A stretch of DNA of 64,000 nt. It comes from an uncultured bacterium. GTDB taxonomy: Bacteria > Patescibacteriota > Microgenomatia > Levybacterales > UBA12049. Position numbers and translations under genes: made by a program. Where the stretch lies: positions 42,814-106,813 of the forward strand of contig CAWGXL010000010.1 in the NCBI GenBank assembly GCA_963826535.1, written 5' to 3'. The notes beneath the pieces are model-generated. The model was not told the origin of the DNA, ran no database searches, and worked only from the letters and a program-made list of their open reading frames with translations. Positions 37,862-48,500 of the stretch are shown one piece after another. The first letter of the stretch is position 1; each line of letters starts with the position of its first letter.

Positions 37862-37933
37862 GCAAATATTGAGCCGACAGAGGGATTTGAACCCCCGACC
37901 CATGCTTTACAAAAGCATTGCTCTACCACTGAG
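37862..37933 (-). tRNA. tRNA-Thr (TGT)
   Basis: Acceptor GCCGACA/TGTCGGC, anticodon stem ATGCT/AGCAT with loop TTTGTAA, T-arm GGGGG-TTCAAAT-CCCTC. Confidence 0.8.
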
Positions 37934-38025
37934 CTATGTCGGCGATTTTGCAATGCAAAACCTAGAACCTGACGATTCAGAAAATACAAGCATAATTTTA
38001 GCAGACATAGGGGGGCTTCAGCAAC

Positions 38026-38971
38026 CTGTCGGATTATTCTCCGTAGAAATCCGACAGTAAGCGGCAGAGAAAAGATATACTATGAATATGCAACAAATAA
38101 CGAAAGTTTCTCTCGCCTGGGAATTGTTTGAACAAGGGATGCCAAAGACTCATATTGCCAAGCAGCTTGGCATTCATCGGGAAACTGTTCATTTATGGAT
38201 CTGTGGTATTCTCAATAATCCACAAGGGCTTATGGGATTCCTAGACTACTATCTTGTGGCTAAGAAAGGAGACCGTCCTAAACGGCAAGTGAATGCAATT
38301 CTAAAAAGGTGGGTCTGGCAGATTAGAGAGCGTGAGATGGATTGTTGCGGAGATAAAATACAATACTTTCTCAAAAAAGAACACGCCGTTTCTATCTCAA
38401 TTCCTAAGATTTATGAGATATTAAAAGAGAAGTACGTTCTTCGGAAGAGACGAGGCAATAACATAAAACGTGGGCCGGTACCAAAAGCGGTAAAACCTCG
38501 GGAAGTAATTCAAATGGATACAATTGACTTTGGAGAACTCTTTGCCTTTACAGCAGTTGATATCTTTTCCAGAGAAGCAGATGTTGTCCTTCGCCCATCC
38601 CTAACCAGTAATGATGGTGTTATTTTCCTGGATACCTGTATGAGAAGACGCTTCAATGGGCATAGCGATTTAATACAGGCAGATGGCGGGCCGGAGTTTA
38701 AAGACAAATTTGCAGAAAAAGTCTATACTTACACAGATAGATTTCGTATTTCAAGACCTTACAAGAAAAATGAACAATCTTTCATTGAAAGCTTTAACAA
38801 AACAGTAAGAAAAGAATGCCTGGGGTGGAACAAGTATAGAAAATCAGAACTTTTAGAAGCAAAAAGCCTTATTGAAGCATTTCTTCAAAGATATCATTAT
38901 CATAGACCGCATATTAGTTTAGGAATGAAACCGCCGCTTACCAGCTAAACTAAAGTGTCGGATATTTACGG
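38026..38971 (+). mobile_element. IS481-like insertion sequence (single transposase ORF; imperfect terminal inverted repeats CCGTAGAAATCCGACAG / GTGTCGGATATTTACGG)
   Basis: Left-end hairpin ctgtcggatt-attctccgtagaa-aatccgacag (38026-38057); right end gtgtcggatatttacgg (38955-38971) is the imperfect reverse complement of the left inner arm; inserted ~90 bp from tRNA-Thr. Confidence 0.55.
38082..38948 (+). CDS. Transposase, DDE integrase core (rve), IS481-like
   Basis: N-terminal HTH (THIAKQLGIHRETVHLWI); rve core with QMDT...D...ESFNKTVRKE catalytic pattern; 288 aa. Confidence 0.75.
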   Translation: MNMQQITKVSLAWELFEQGMPKTHIAKQLGIHRETVHLWICGILNNPQGLMGFLDYYLVAKKGDRPKRQVNAILKRWVWQIREREMDCCGDKIQYFLKKEHAVSISIPKIYEILKEKYVLRKRRGNNIKRGPVPKAVKPREVIQMDTIDFGELFAFTAVDIFSREADVVLRPSLTSNDGVIFLDTCMRRRFNGHSDLIQADGGPEFKDKFAEKVYTYTDRFRISRPYKKNEQSFIESFNKTVRKECLGWNKYRKSELLEAKSLIEAFLQRYHYHRPHISLGMKPPLTS

Positions 38972-39369
38972 AAACATTCCGCCTGTTAGAGGTGGATGAT
39001 ATAGATATAGTATTAATAACTATATTAGTTACTTAAAATCATCCGTTGCGCATGGCTTTTATATAGCAGATAAATTCTTCTCTTTGATATGGGCTTGGTT
39101 GGTATTTTCCCCGAGATACACTTAGGAAGGTTATTTGTACCGCCACGGCGATGCAAAAATTACCTCGTTGCCCGCTGAGCGGGCTACCTCAGGATTTTTG
39201 AATTTGTAGAGAAAAATACTACAACCAAACTTCCAATATCAAAGAGCAGAAATAGTATAAATATCTATACTTGAAAAGTCAAGAATAATTAAACTCCATT
39301 GACAAAATATTCACACTTCTGTAATATCTTAACTACATTCAGACCCATGAACGTAGTCAAATATAGTTT

Positions 39370-40284
39370 ATGACAAAAGCACGAATAAAAGTAATTCCAA
39401 ATAAGTCCTTCGCCATCGCTAAGGATAAAAATCGTATTGAGCAGACAAAAGCATATAATTTTGTGGAATTTTCCCAAATTGCCGAATACAGAAAAGTTAA
39501 CCGAGAACTAATATTGACAGCCCTCCAATTTTTACCAAAAAATATTAAAAAGCTAACGCATGTTGATAATGGGACAGGGACTGGGCTTGTGCCACAACTT
39601 GCTGCGGAATTGTATCATGATCGTGGAATAGCAGCGACTATTATTGGTATAGATCCTGATCTTTATGCTTTAAAAAATTCCGGAGAATCTATGCGAAATT
39701 TTGAACATATAAATATTCTCATGATCCAGGGTTATGGACAGCATTTGGAAGAATTATTAAAAGAACATATTCCAAGTATTGGCGTAGATGTGGTCAGCAT
39801 ACATGACGCTATTCATGAAATACCCGGCCGCGATATTAAGCGCGCAATATTCGCGTCCCAAGCTAAAATACTCAAGCCGGGTGGAGTACAAACATATAAT
39901 AGTTCATTTACGACAATAGGAAATGCCGATGCGGCTTTCAAATGGGGAAGATGGAAGATGGACGCATTTGCTTATTTTAAAGAGAATAGAAATAGGAATA
40001 TTACAGCAATGGAAGTTTTTAGTCCCGAGGAGTATACTAAAATGATTACCGATAGCGGTTTGAAAATTGTTCACGAGGATGTAAAAACTGTTGTTCTTTC
40101 ACTTGATGCCCTGAAGGCGATTTCAAGATATCCTGAATACGTAAATGGCATATTTAGAGATATGGAAAATACTGAAAAATACACACTGCTCGAAAAAAGT
40201 AAAGTACTTATTGCAGTCTTGGAAAAAGAAGGCGTTACAGCCTTACCAAGACAGTGGCATGAAATAGTCGCGCAAAAACCCTGA
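39370..40284 (+). CDS. Class I SAM-dependent methyltransferase-like protein
   Basis: HVDNGTGTGLVP (GxGxG SAM-binding motif I) and Rossmann-like alternation. Confidence 0.45.
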   Translation: MTKARIKVIPNKSFAIAKDKNRIEQTKAYNFVEFSQIAEYRKVNRELILTALQFLPKNIKKLTHVDNGTGTGLVPQLAAELYHDRGIAATIIGIDPDLYALKNSGESMRNFEHINILMIQGYGQHLEELLKEHIPSIGVDVVSIHDAIHEIPGRDIKRAIFASQAKILKPGGVQTYNSSFTTIGNADAAFKWGRWKMDAFAYFKENRNRNITAMEVFSPEEYTKMITDSGLKIVHEDVKTVVLSLDALKAISRYPEYVNGIFRDMENTEKYTLLEKSKVLIAVLEKEGVTALPRQWHEIVAQKP

Positions 40285-40305
40285 AGTTCTTCTCAGAAAG
40301 TCTTT

Positions 40306-41196
40306 ATGTTAAATTCCAAACAAATGACTGCCAATGACCCTCTGATACATTTAAGAAATATACTTGAAAAAGATCCGGAGCTTTATTTTGGAAGAATTAA
40401 ACAACTTTTTCAATTATCTAAAGATTTTAATAAATATATTAAAAAATTTTCTGAATTGATTAATAATGGCTATGTACCTGTTATTTATTCCAACCACCAG
40501 AGTCATACAGATGGAGTAATTCTCTCTATTTTAATTGAAGAGATAAGAAAGCATCTGGCACCGGATCGGCTGAATGGATTTTTGTGTCCGGTAGCGGCTT
40601 CCATGGCGAGCGGTGATCAAAATGATAGAGTACAAGGAGGCACTTTTATATTCCAACCTATTTTTAACAGAATAGGTTTTATCCATGTTCCCATTATCCG
40701 CGAAGATGACAGGCGTAAATATGGTATGGAAGGTTCAAATAGGGAAGCTATAGAGAGATTAATCTACGCGCCTCGGGACAATTACGGCCTAGTAGTTTTC
40801 CCGGAAGGAACTGTTCAGGGAGGAAGAGCAGGTAAAGATGGGCGAATCAATGGTATGCAGCAAGTTGAAGGTGGAGGAATTTTATTGCGTTGTATCAGTT
40901 TCTGGAGGGATCAGGGCAAAAAGAGTGTTTTGCTCCCTGTCGGTATTGTAAATAGTTACCAGATTTTTAACCCTGACAGGTACGATTTGCCGAAGGCTTT
41001 AATGGAAATGATAGGAGGTGAAAGTAAAGTTTCACAACTTGTCAATGTAGTTGTAGGTGAGCCTATTACAAGTGATGAAATAAATCAAAACTTAGGAAAA
41101 ATGCTCGATCCAAAGAAACAGGAACACATAGATTATCTAATGAAAAAAATTGCCCTCCTTCTCCCCGTAGAAGCTCGTGGATATTATGGCGGCTAG
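40306..41196 (+). CDS. Lysophospholipid (1-acyl-glycerol-3-phosphate) acyltransferase, PlsC-like
   Basis: HX4D motif NHQSHTDG and the FPEGT box (VVFPEGTVQGG). Confidence 0.6.
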   Translation: MLNSKQMTANDPLIHLRNILEKDPELYFGRIKQLFQLSKDFNKYIKKFSELINNGYVPVIYSNHQSHTDGVILSILIEEIRKHLAPDRLNGFLCPVAASMASGDQNDRVQGGTFIFQPIFNRIGFIHVPIIREDDRRKYGMEGSNREAIERLIYAPRDNYGLVVFPEGTVQGGRAGKDGRINGMQQVEGGGILLRCISFWRDQGKKSVLLPVGIVNSYQIFNPDRYDLPKALMEMIGGESKVSQLVNVVVGEPITSDEINQNLGKMLDPKKQEHIDYLMKKIALLLPVEARGYYGG

Positions 41197-41963
41197 AGGT
41201 ACTCTTTGGCGACTACTTTTGCCATCTCATTTCGCACGAAAGCGTCTACATCTGAAAGCTTACCCTTAACCTCCGGTCTGTCGAGTAGCTCAGAGAGAGA
41301 AAAATAATTCCCAATATTAATTATATAAGTTTTACCAAAATTCATACCTCCTACTTCTTTTTTCTTGTAACTATTGGCGTTTTTTATAGCAAAACCGACA
41401 AGTAGAAATCCAAATTCCTTAACTCCTAAAGCTTGCAATGAAGCTATAAAATATCCAATAGGTTTTTGTTTGTCCTCCAGATCCAGCTTTTCTTTTCTGG
41501 AAGCGTTAATGGCCAGAGTAACTGATCCTCCCCGGCTGAGTACTTTACTGCTGGCGATTATAAATTCCCGTAGACCCTTGCCTTTTGTTAGATGTTCGTA
41601 CCCTTTCTTGGTAATCGTACTATTATTAACAATAGGAGAGAATGTTCCGTGGTAGAATTTTGCCATAAATTCCATGAATTTATTGAATTGATGATATGAA
41701 AGAGGATTGACAGCTTCTCTATTTCTAAGAACCGGAGCTCTAAAAATTATTGACCTGTTTACCTCCATAGCGTCGCGCAGGCTAAAGTGAGTAAAGATAA
41801 CAACGAGTCCTGCACCTGTTTTAGCGGCTAGACTTGCTTTTTTGAGCGCTTTTGTTTTATCGATAAAAATTCTTGGAAAGAATATACGAAGAAAAAAATC
41901 TGAAATTAATCTACCATATAACGACCAAAGAGGAATTTGTGCAATATTGGCACTGGGCTTCAT
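41193..41963 (-). CDS. Acyltransferase-like protein (HX4D)
   Basis: THFSLRD fits HX4D; convergent with and overlapping the PlsC-like gene by 4 nt; weaker support. Confidence 0.35.
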   Translation of the reverse strand: MKPSANIAQIPLWSLYGRLISDFFLRIFFPRIFIDKTKALKKASLAAKTGAGLVVIFTHFSLRDAMEVNRSIIFRAPVLRNREAVNPLSYHQFNKFMEFMAKFYHGTFSPIVNNSTITKKGYEHLTKGKGLREFIIASSKVLSRGGSVTLAINASRKEKLDLEDKQKPIGYFIASLQALGVKEFGFLLVGFAIKNANSYKKKEVGGMNFGKTYIINIGNYFSLSELLDRPEVKGKLSDVDAFVRNEMAKVVAKEYL

Positions 41964-42772
41964 TGTCTTTTTTTGTAGCCGGAACGCACTAATCCGGCAA
42001 TTCCTATTATCCCGCCATCCAACCCGCCGTCAATCGCAATAGCTTGTCCGGTAATATACGCAGCTTTGGAGCTTGCCAGGAATACAATCGCATTGGCAAT
42101 ATCTTCCGGCGTACCAAGTCTTCCCGCCGGTGTCGCGTCTATAAGCACTTCTTTCATTTCCTCACTGAGATCACTTGTCATATCGGTCTCAACAAAACCC
42201 GGTAGCACTGCATTCACGCGTATATTGCGTCTACCCAAATCAATCGCCGCTGAATGGGTGAGTCCTATGATACCAGCTTTGGCCGCAGCATAATTTGCCT
42301 GCCCGGTATTACCATAAACACCCACAATGCTGCTTATGTTAACAATTGCTCCTCCATCACTCCGGGAAAAGGAGCCGACTGATTCACGAATCATCAAATA
42401 AGCCGCTCTCAGGTTTGTATTCAGAACTTTATCCCAATCAAAAGCCGAGATTGCATTTATCGGCTTATCAACTTTCGCTCCTGCATTATTCACAACAATA
42501 TCAACTTTACCAAACGTACTGCGTGTTTTCTGAATAATTTTCTGTGGCGTTTCAGGATCTGTAATATCTCCTCCTATCCATATAGCCTGTGCCCCTAACT
42601 TTTTTATTTGAGAAACTACAGATTGAGCCGATGACTCGCTTTGCTCACGAGAGGTTATGACTATCCCCCTAGCTCCTTCTTGGGCAAATTTCCTGGCTGC
42701 TTCCGCGCCAATCCCCTTAGGACTGCTCGCTCCCGTGATGACTACAACTTTTCCACTAAATTCTTTTGTCAT
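41960..42772 (-). CDS. fabG: SDR-family 3-oxoacyl-ACP reductase-like
   Basis: TGASSPKGIGAEAARKFA (Rossmann), NNAG, and the YAAAKAG catalytic Y-x3-K. Confidence 0.7.
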   Translation of the reverse strand: MTKEFSGKVVVITGASSPKGIGAEAARKFAQEGARGIVITSREQSESSAQSVVSQIKKLGAQAIWIGGDITDPETPQKIIQKTRSTFGKVDIVVNNAGAKVDKPINAISAFDWDKVLNTNLRAAYLMIRESVGSFSRSDGGAIVNISSIVGVYGNTGQANYAAAKAGIIGLTHSAAIDLGRRNIRVNAVLPGFVETDMTSDLSEEMKEVLIDATPAGRLGTPEDIANAIVFLASSKAAYITGQAIAIDGGLDGGIIGIAGLVRSGYKKRQ

Positions 42773-42858
42773 TTTTGTTCCGCCAGCTGGCGGATTGATA
42801 TTTATTGTTGTGATGAGACTATAGCAATTAACAGTATTACTGTCAATATTTTAGAGGT

Positions 42859-43326
42859 TCACAATTTTGTATTTTCAAAATTCTGTCCCAAGTTAATAGC
42901 AGTAGTTGAATTATATTGTACTTTGTAATCCCTTGAAGTATAAGACCTAGGTAAGCTATTAACACGAATAGCTTCAGCTTTAGCTTCACGTTCTTCCATT
43001 TTAAATCCTATTGCAAATGCTATTCCACCAGCAATTAGTAAGGCCAGTTCAAGCTTTCTTCTATAAGAAAATAAATGATATGTCTGATCATTTCTACTTT
43101 CAACTCTTGTCCAGAATTCACTCTCTCGATTTTCTACCTCGGTGGGGGGAGGAAATACTTGTTGTATACCCCCTGCTGCTGTCGCTCTTCTATTTATTAA
43201 GTCAACCCCAGCATCTACAACAGCTCCAGTAACTAATATGCAGCCTGCAAAAATAGGTGCTAAATAACCTTTCTGTTCTCTTGCGCTAAGCTTATCTACC
43301 CTATATGGTCTTTCCTCTTTTGACAT
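42859..43326 (-). CDS. Hypothetical membrane protein (paralog of 43494..43931)
   Basis: Shares IFAGCILVTGAVVDAG / QQVFPPPTE segments with the paralog, and a near-identical promoter region. Confidence 0.45.
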   Translation of the reverse strand: MSKEERPYRVDKLSAREQKGYLAPIFAGCILVTGAVVDAGVDLINRRATAAGGIQQVFPPPTEVENRESEFWTRVESRNDQTYHLFSYRRKLELALLIAGGIAFAIGFKMEEREAKAEAIRVNSLPRSYTSRDYKVQYNSTTAINLGQNFENTKL

Positions 43327-43493
43327 AGACGCAATTATACTATGTTTTATAAGTTTATCAACAACCCATAGTAATTATTTAAGATAAAACTCTCTTTTTT
43401 TGCAAGTTTTAATACTTTTGAGAGGAAAGTCAGAAAAACAATTGGCCGGCTTTTGATGTATTATGAAATCAATGGAGCTTTAGAATTTTATAG

Positions 43494-43931
43494 CTATTCA
43501 TCATTTCTATGTCTTCTTTCTGACTCATCATCAAGCCATTTCAAAGCTGTTATCATCATTGCAAAACCAGAAACCTTAAGGATGCCATCAATCCATTCTC
43601 CATTAGGATGCTCCATCTTATATCTTTCATCAACTTTAGCTTGGAAATTTTTTTCCTGCACGCTTATCTCTAAAGCCTCCCGTACTTTTTCTAGGTCATT
43701 TAGTTTACTCTCCGGCTCCATAACATGCACATCATTGGCAAATGCTCGTGCGTTCTCAGAGGGTCGAGGAACTACTTGTTGTAGTCTTGTTGATATTAAA
43801 TTTCTGTCACGCCAGCTATCTAGTGGGCCAGCAACAGCTACTACAACGCCTGCGACAAAAGTTTTTAAAATTCTCCTCCTACCTGGAGATGGAAGTTCAT
43901 CTGGTCTAGGTAAATTTGCTTCTGGAGTCAT
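43494..43931 (-). CDS. Hypothetical membrane protein (paralog of 42859..43326)
   Basis: TFVAGVVVAVAGPLD / QQVVPRPSEN; upstream acgcaattatactat...tatcaacaacc.atagtaa is duplicated at 43320-43380 and 43928-43990. Confidence 0.45.
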   Translation of the reverse strand: MTPEANLPRPDELPSPGRRRILKTFVAGVVVAVAGPLDSWRDRNLISTRLQQVVPRPSENARAFANDVHVMEPESKLNDLEKVREALEISVQEKNFQAKVDERYKMEHPNGEWIDGILKVSGFAMMITALKWLDDESERRHRNDE

Positions 43932-44034
43932 AAACGCAATTATACTATATTTAACAAATATATCAACAACCTATAGTAAAATAAAGTATTTATTACTATA
44001 GGTTTGCAGTTGCTTATGTCACTATGGTATAATT

Positions 44035-44877
44035 GTGACCATGACAAGGGTAAGTGAAGCGCGGAGTGGTCCTTTTGATGTAAACTTGTTAAAGAAGGTA
44101 TTAAGTGAATTGGGATATAAGTTTTATTACTATCCCAAAACAGACAGCACTATGAAAACAATAGAAGAACGTACTTTAGCAGGGGCAAGCGGAGCCATAG
44201 TTGCCTTAACCGATCACCAAACAGTAGGGGTTGGACGGGAAGGTCGCAAATGGCTGGACAGTCCGAATTGTTCGCTTTTGTTTAGCGTTTTATATCAGAT
44301 CCCGCAATCGGCTGTAGCCGCTTTTGCCGACTTAGTCGCTCTGACAATATGCCAAGCTCTAAGAAGTGAGACAGGCACCCCAATACAAATTAAATATCCC
44401 AATGATTTAGTAGTTGAAGACAAAAAATTTGGGGGAATTCTGGTTAAAAATATTTACAATGAAAAACTTCATTACTTAGGCACCAATGTGGGTATAGGCT
44501 TAAACGTTCACTATACACTAGAAGAATTAGACAACTTCCCGACTGATTATCCGGCAACATCACTGGATGTTTTTACGAAATCTTTTGTCTCAAGACAGGA
44601 TCTGTTAATTGAGATATTGCGGTCATTACGTTTTTTAAGCACAGAAGTTAAAGTTTTTGAGGCAAATTCCAATGCATTAGAATCTTTTGAGAAAATATGG
44701 AAGGAAGCATCAAGTATTTTAGGAAGAAAGGTTTCTATTTCAAAGCATGATCAGAAAGTCGCGGAAGGGTTAGTCGTAAATACAGGTATAGGTAAAGGAA
44801 TTGAGTTGCAAACAAAGAAAGAGAAAGTTTGGTTCTCATTATATGGGACAGATATGAAAGCGAGGATCATAAATTAA
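44035..44877 (+). CDS. birA: Biotin--protein ligase (BirA-family, BPL_LplA_LipB)
   Basis: GVGREGRKWLDSPNCSLLFSVL matches the BirA GRGRRGRKW.SP.G.L..S signature; no N-terminal HTH. Confidence 0.75.
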   Translation: MTMTRVSEARSGPFDVNLLKKVLSELGYKFYYYPKTDSTMKTIEERTLAGASGAIVALTDHQTVGVGREGRKWLDSPNCSLLFSVLYQIPQSAVAAFADLVALTICQALRSETGTPIQIKYPNDLVVEDKKFGGILVKNIYNEKLHYLGTNVGIGLNVHYTLEELDNFPTDYPATSLDVFTKSFVSRQDLLIEILRSLRFLSTEVKVFEANSNALESFEKIWKEASSILGRKVSISKHDQKVAEGLVVNTGIGKGIELQTKKEKVWFSLYGTDMKARIIN

Positions 44878-44878
44878 T

Positions 44879-45442
44879 ATGTCAACAAAAAAGACACAAG
44901 AAAAGTTTATACCAAGAGTCAGCCCGTCTGATGTATATCCGCAAGTTGGAGAGGCGGCTGAAAAGCTAAAAGCGGTCATTCCTGTTTTTGGTGAGGAATT
45001 AATAAATGCCGTGATAAGCGCTATTACTACAGGACAAGTGCGTCATGGAGAATTGGAGCTAACAAGTCTCACAGAGCCCAAGCAAAAAGTGAAAGTTGCT
45101 TTCGACAATCCTATTGGTACGAAGGATATAAAAGTTGCTCTGAGAGGAGATTGGCGCCAAGTTACGGATATTTCGCTAGACAACCCTTTATACAGCCCAG
45201 TAAAGGGCATAGTTTATCGTAAGCGGGCTCCGGCTGATGAACAGCCTATCGCAGAAGAGGGACAAGTTATTGAGCCGGATGGTGCAATATGCGCTATTTC
45301 TCAAACAAAAAGTAATATTTGGTATTTACAGTTACCCGTGGATAAATTCCCCAAAGGTGGAATACTTACAAAATTCGTCATCTCCGATGGTAAGGAAGTA
45401 GAAAAGGGCGGAACGATTTGTTATGTCAAAAAGATTGAATAG
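44879..45442 (+). CDS. Biotinyl/lipoyl-domain protein (BCCP-like, atypical ...SQTKS... instead of EAMKM)
   Basis: C-terminal EGQVIEPDGAICAISQTKSNIWYLQ...KGGTICYVKKIE fits the hammerhead biotinyl-domain pattern; starts 2 nt after birA. Confidence 0.45.
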   Translation: MSTKKTQEKFIPRVSPSDVYPQVGEAAEKLKAVIPVFGEELINAVISAITTGQVRHGELELTSLTEPKQKVKVAFDNPIGTKDIKVALRGDWRQVTDISLDNPLYSPVKGIVYRKRAPADEQPIAEEGQVIEPDGAICAISQTKSNIWYLQLPVDKFPKGGILTKFVISDGKEVEKGGTICYVKKIE

Positions 45443-45449
45443 TATTTCT

Positions 45450-45559
45450 TGTCATTCCGAGCGGACCCCGCTCAGCGGGGGGAGTCGAGGAATCTCATGT
45501 CACTGATTTACAAGAGAAATAAAGTGGTATGGGATCCCTCCACTTCGGTCGGGATGACA
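45450..45559 (+). mobile_element. MITE-like repeat, type 1, copy C
   Basis: tgtcattccgagcggaccccgctcagcggggggagtcgaggaatctcat...gggatccctccacttcggtcgggatgaca. Confidence 0.7.
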
Positions 45560-45581
45560 GAGAAAGTTTAGTAAGTAAATT

Positions 45582-48500
45582 ATGACCATCAAAAAACTAT
45601 TCATTGCCAATCGCGGAGAAATCGCTGTTCGCGCCGCACGTGCTTGTGAAAAAAGAAAAATACAAGCTGTTATCCCTTACTCCTTTTCCGATAGTCAATC
45701 GCTGGCTACAAGAATTGCAGACCGCAATAGTGATAAAGGTTGGGAGCTGGCAGTACTTGGCGGCGTGAGTTCCGAAGAAACTTATGCTAATCCGAAAAAG
45801 ATGCTCCAAACAGCCCTATTACATCGTTGTGATGCAATCTTTCTAGGTTATGGATTCCTTTCCGAAAACGCGGAATTTGTACGCGCATGTGAAACAGCAG
45901 GACTGAAGGTGCTTTCGACTTCACCTACTAGCATGGAAATGGTAGGGAATAAGATTTCGGCGCGTGAAATCGCCAAAAAAATTAAAATCGGCGCTTTTGC
46001 TACGATCCCTATTCTGCAAGGTTCAGGAAATCTACAGACTTTTGAAGAAACAGTAAAAGCCGCACAGGATTTGGGATTCCCTGTGATGATGAAAGACCCG
46101 GATAAAGGCGGGGGAATGGGAAATATTGTTGCCAACAATGAAGCTGAATTGCAGCAAGCATACACAACTCTTAGAATGAACAGAAGTAATACCGGACTTT
46201 TTTTGGAGCGGTATATCCGGCGCGCTGTACATGTTGAAGTTCAAATTTTGGCAGATACTCATGGCAATGTAGTCCATTTAGGTGAGCGCGATTGTACCAT
46301 GCAGAGATTGAGTCAAAAACTTGTCGAAGAATCGCCGAGTCCGCACATTTCAAAGCATATCCGTGAGATTATCCAGTCCACGTCAGTGGATTTCGCCAAA
46401 CATGTGGGCTATCGTGGCGCGGGCACGTGGGAATTTATTGTTGATTTAGATAAAAAGGGAAGACACGGCCCCGCCTGGTATTTTATGGAAGTAAATCCAA
46501 GAATTCAGGTTGAACATGGAGTGACAGAGCAGCAAACAGGAATTGATATAGTGAACACCATGATTGATATTGCCGAAGGAAAAAAATTACCCTTCACTCA
46601 AGACCAAATAAAACCGGAGGGGCATACAATTGAAGTCAGGGTTTATGCGGAAAAACCCGAGGAGGGATTTAAACAAAGCTTTGGACGCCTTGAAGTTCTC
46701 AAATACCCCACCCTAAAAGGCGTACGTATAGACAAAGGTTGTGAGCAAGGCGATGAGATCTCTCCTTGGTTTGATCCCACAATCTGTAAACTTATTGCCC
46801 ACGGCACGACAAGAGAAGAAGCCAGACACCGCCTGTCTCTGGCGCTTTTAAATCTTGATATTGTCGGTGTACAAAATAACCGCGATTTTCTTATGGAACT
46901 TTTGAACACTGAAGAATTTAGGGGCGCGTCAGCAACAACTTCATTTGTGGAAATCTGGTGGCAAAAACAATTACAAGTGAAAATCTATGCGCTAGGTGGA
47001 CTTGTCAAAAGAGGTACATTTACCCCTCAACCAAGTAGGCGTACCTTTAAACCGATGCTTCTTCCTCAACAAGTTAGTGTTCCCTCCCGCAAGTCTTCGG
47101 ATCTTGTTTCGTATAGTCAATATTATGAATTGCAGCAAACAAAATCAGGTCAGAACTCCGCCGCGGAATTTGGTATTGCTGAACGTGACGGTATACAATT
47201 TGTTCTATATGAGTTGGATGATAGATTCGCAGCAGGGACACTTGGAGTCGCTGAAGGAATTGCCTTTGTTGACGCATGCCGCCTTGCCAATACAAATAAT
47301 CTTCCTTTAGTAACTATTTCGCGTTCAGGCGGAGCACGGCAACATGAGAATACTATGTCTCTATTCCAAATGGGCGCGACTATCAATGCTCTAAATAAAT
47401 ACCCGCCCCTTTTCCATATAAATATTTATTCGGGCGGCGTCTATGGCGGTGTACCTGCAAGTTTTGCCGGAGTCGCGGATATTCAAATTGCCGTGAATGT
47501 CAAAGAAACGAAAATCGGCTTCACCGGTCCTTATATTACGGCAAAAACTCTGGGAAAACAGCCAAAAAGTTTTTCTGCCTCTGATTCATATCAGGAATTG
47601 CCCGAGGGAACTCATACTCCTCTTCACGCGTTTCAAACAAGAAACATAGATATTTTAGCTGCAAGTCTTGAAGAAGCATCTGACAAAATAACTCATCTTT
47701 TACATATTTTGAAAATACCTTCAACTGTCACTGATCCGAATAAAGTCTTTGCCGTTTACGAGCATATTGGATTCCAGCAAATGCCTGGTACAGGGCAACG
47801 ATTTGACCGTCCGGGTATTGGTGTATTTGTTTGGCTTCGTAATAAAATTGGCAGTCTATTGTGGAAACAGCATAAGCCTGTTGCCAATGGTAATAAGAAT
47901 TCAAATTCTTATCCTCCATTATCAATTACCAACAGGAGAAAAGTTCTTATGCATGTTAATCGGCCAACAGCCGCAGATCTGATTGATAAAAATGCTGGGA
48001 TTTTCGATGACACTATTGCGCTTACTTCTGTATTACATATAGATGGCGCCGAACAATACCCTCCTATAATTGCCGCCGTTGCGAAACTCGGCGATAGGAC
48101 AGTATTTATTCTAGGGCAACAAACCCAAAGGGTTATTGATGAAAAATCTGGAAAAAAAGTTAAAGTTTATGATCCCCAAAAACCCGCTGATTGGGAATAT
48201 ACAGAGCGTATGATCGCTATTGCAGACAGGCTACATCTTCCTATTATTCTCATCGGTGATACGCTTGGAGCTGATTGTTTGCCTGATTCGGAAGACCGCA
48301 ATCAATCGCATAAGATTGCGCACGTTATTAAAGCCCTTGATAGTTACCCTTATCCTGTAATTAGTGTTAATATTGGTTTCAAAGGTAGCGGCGGAGGAGA
48401 AACATTTATCCGCCCCTTTGATGCTGCTGCTGATTTTGAAAACAGTTTAAGTTTTGTTTCTGATCCTATGGTCCAATATTGGATTTTGACCGGTAGATGG

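Noticed and set aside
38026-38057. Left-end hairpin of the IS as a Rho-independent terminator for the upstream tRNA cluster
   Set aside because: The tRNAs are on the opposite strand and transcribed away from it. The arms match the IS right end in inverted orientation, so it is better explained as the IS terminal repeat.
44879-45442. Calling the 187-aa protein a canonical AccB
   Set aside because: The biotin-attachment consensus (E)AMKM is replaced by SQTKS and the N-terminal part has no BCCP-like linker. Kept only as 'BCCP-like' with low confidence.
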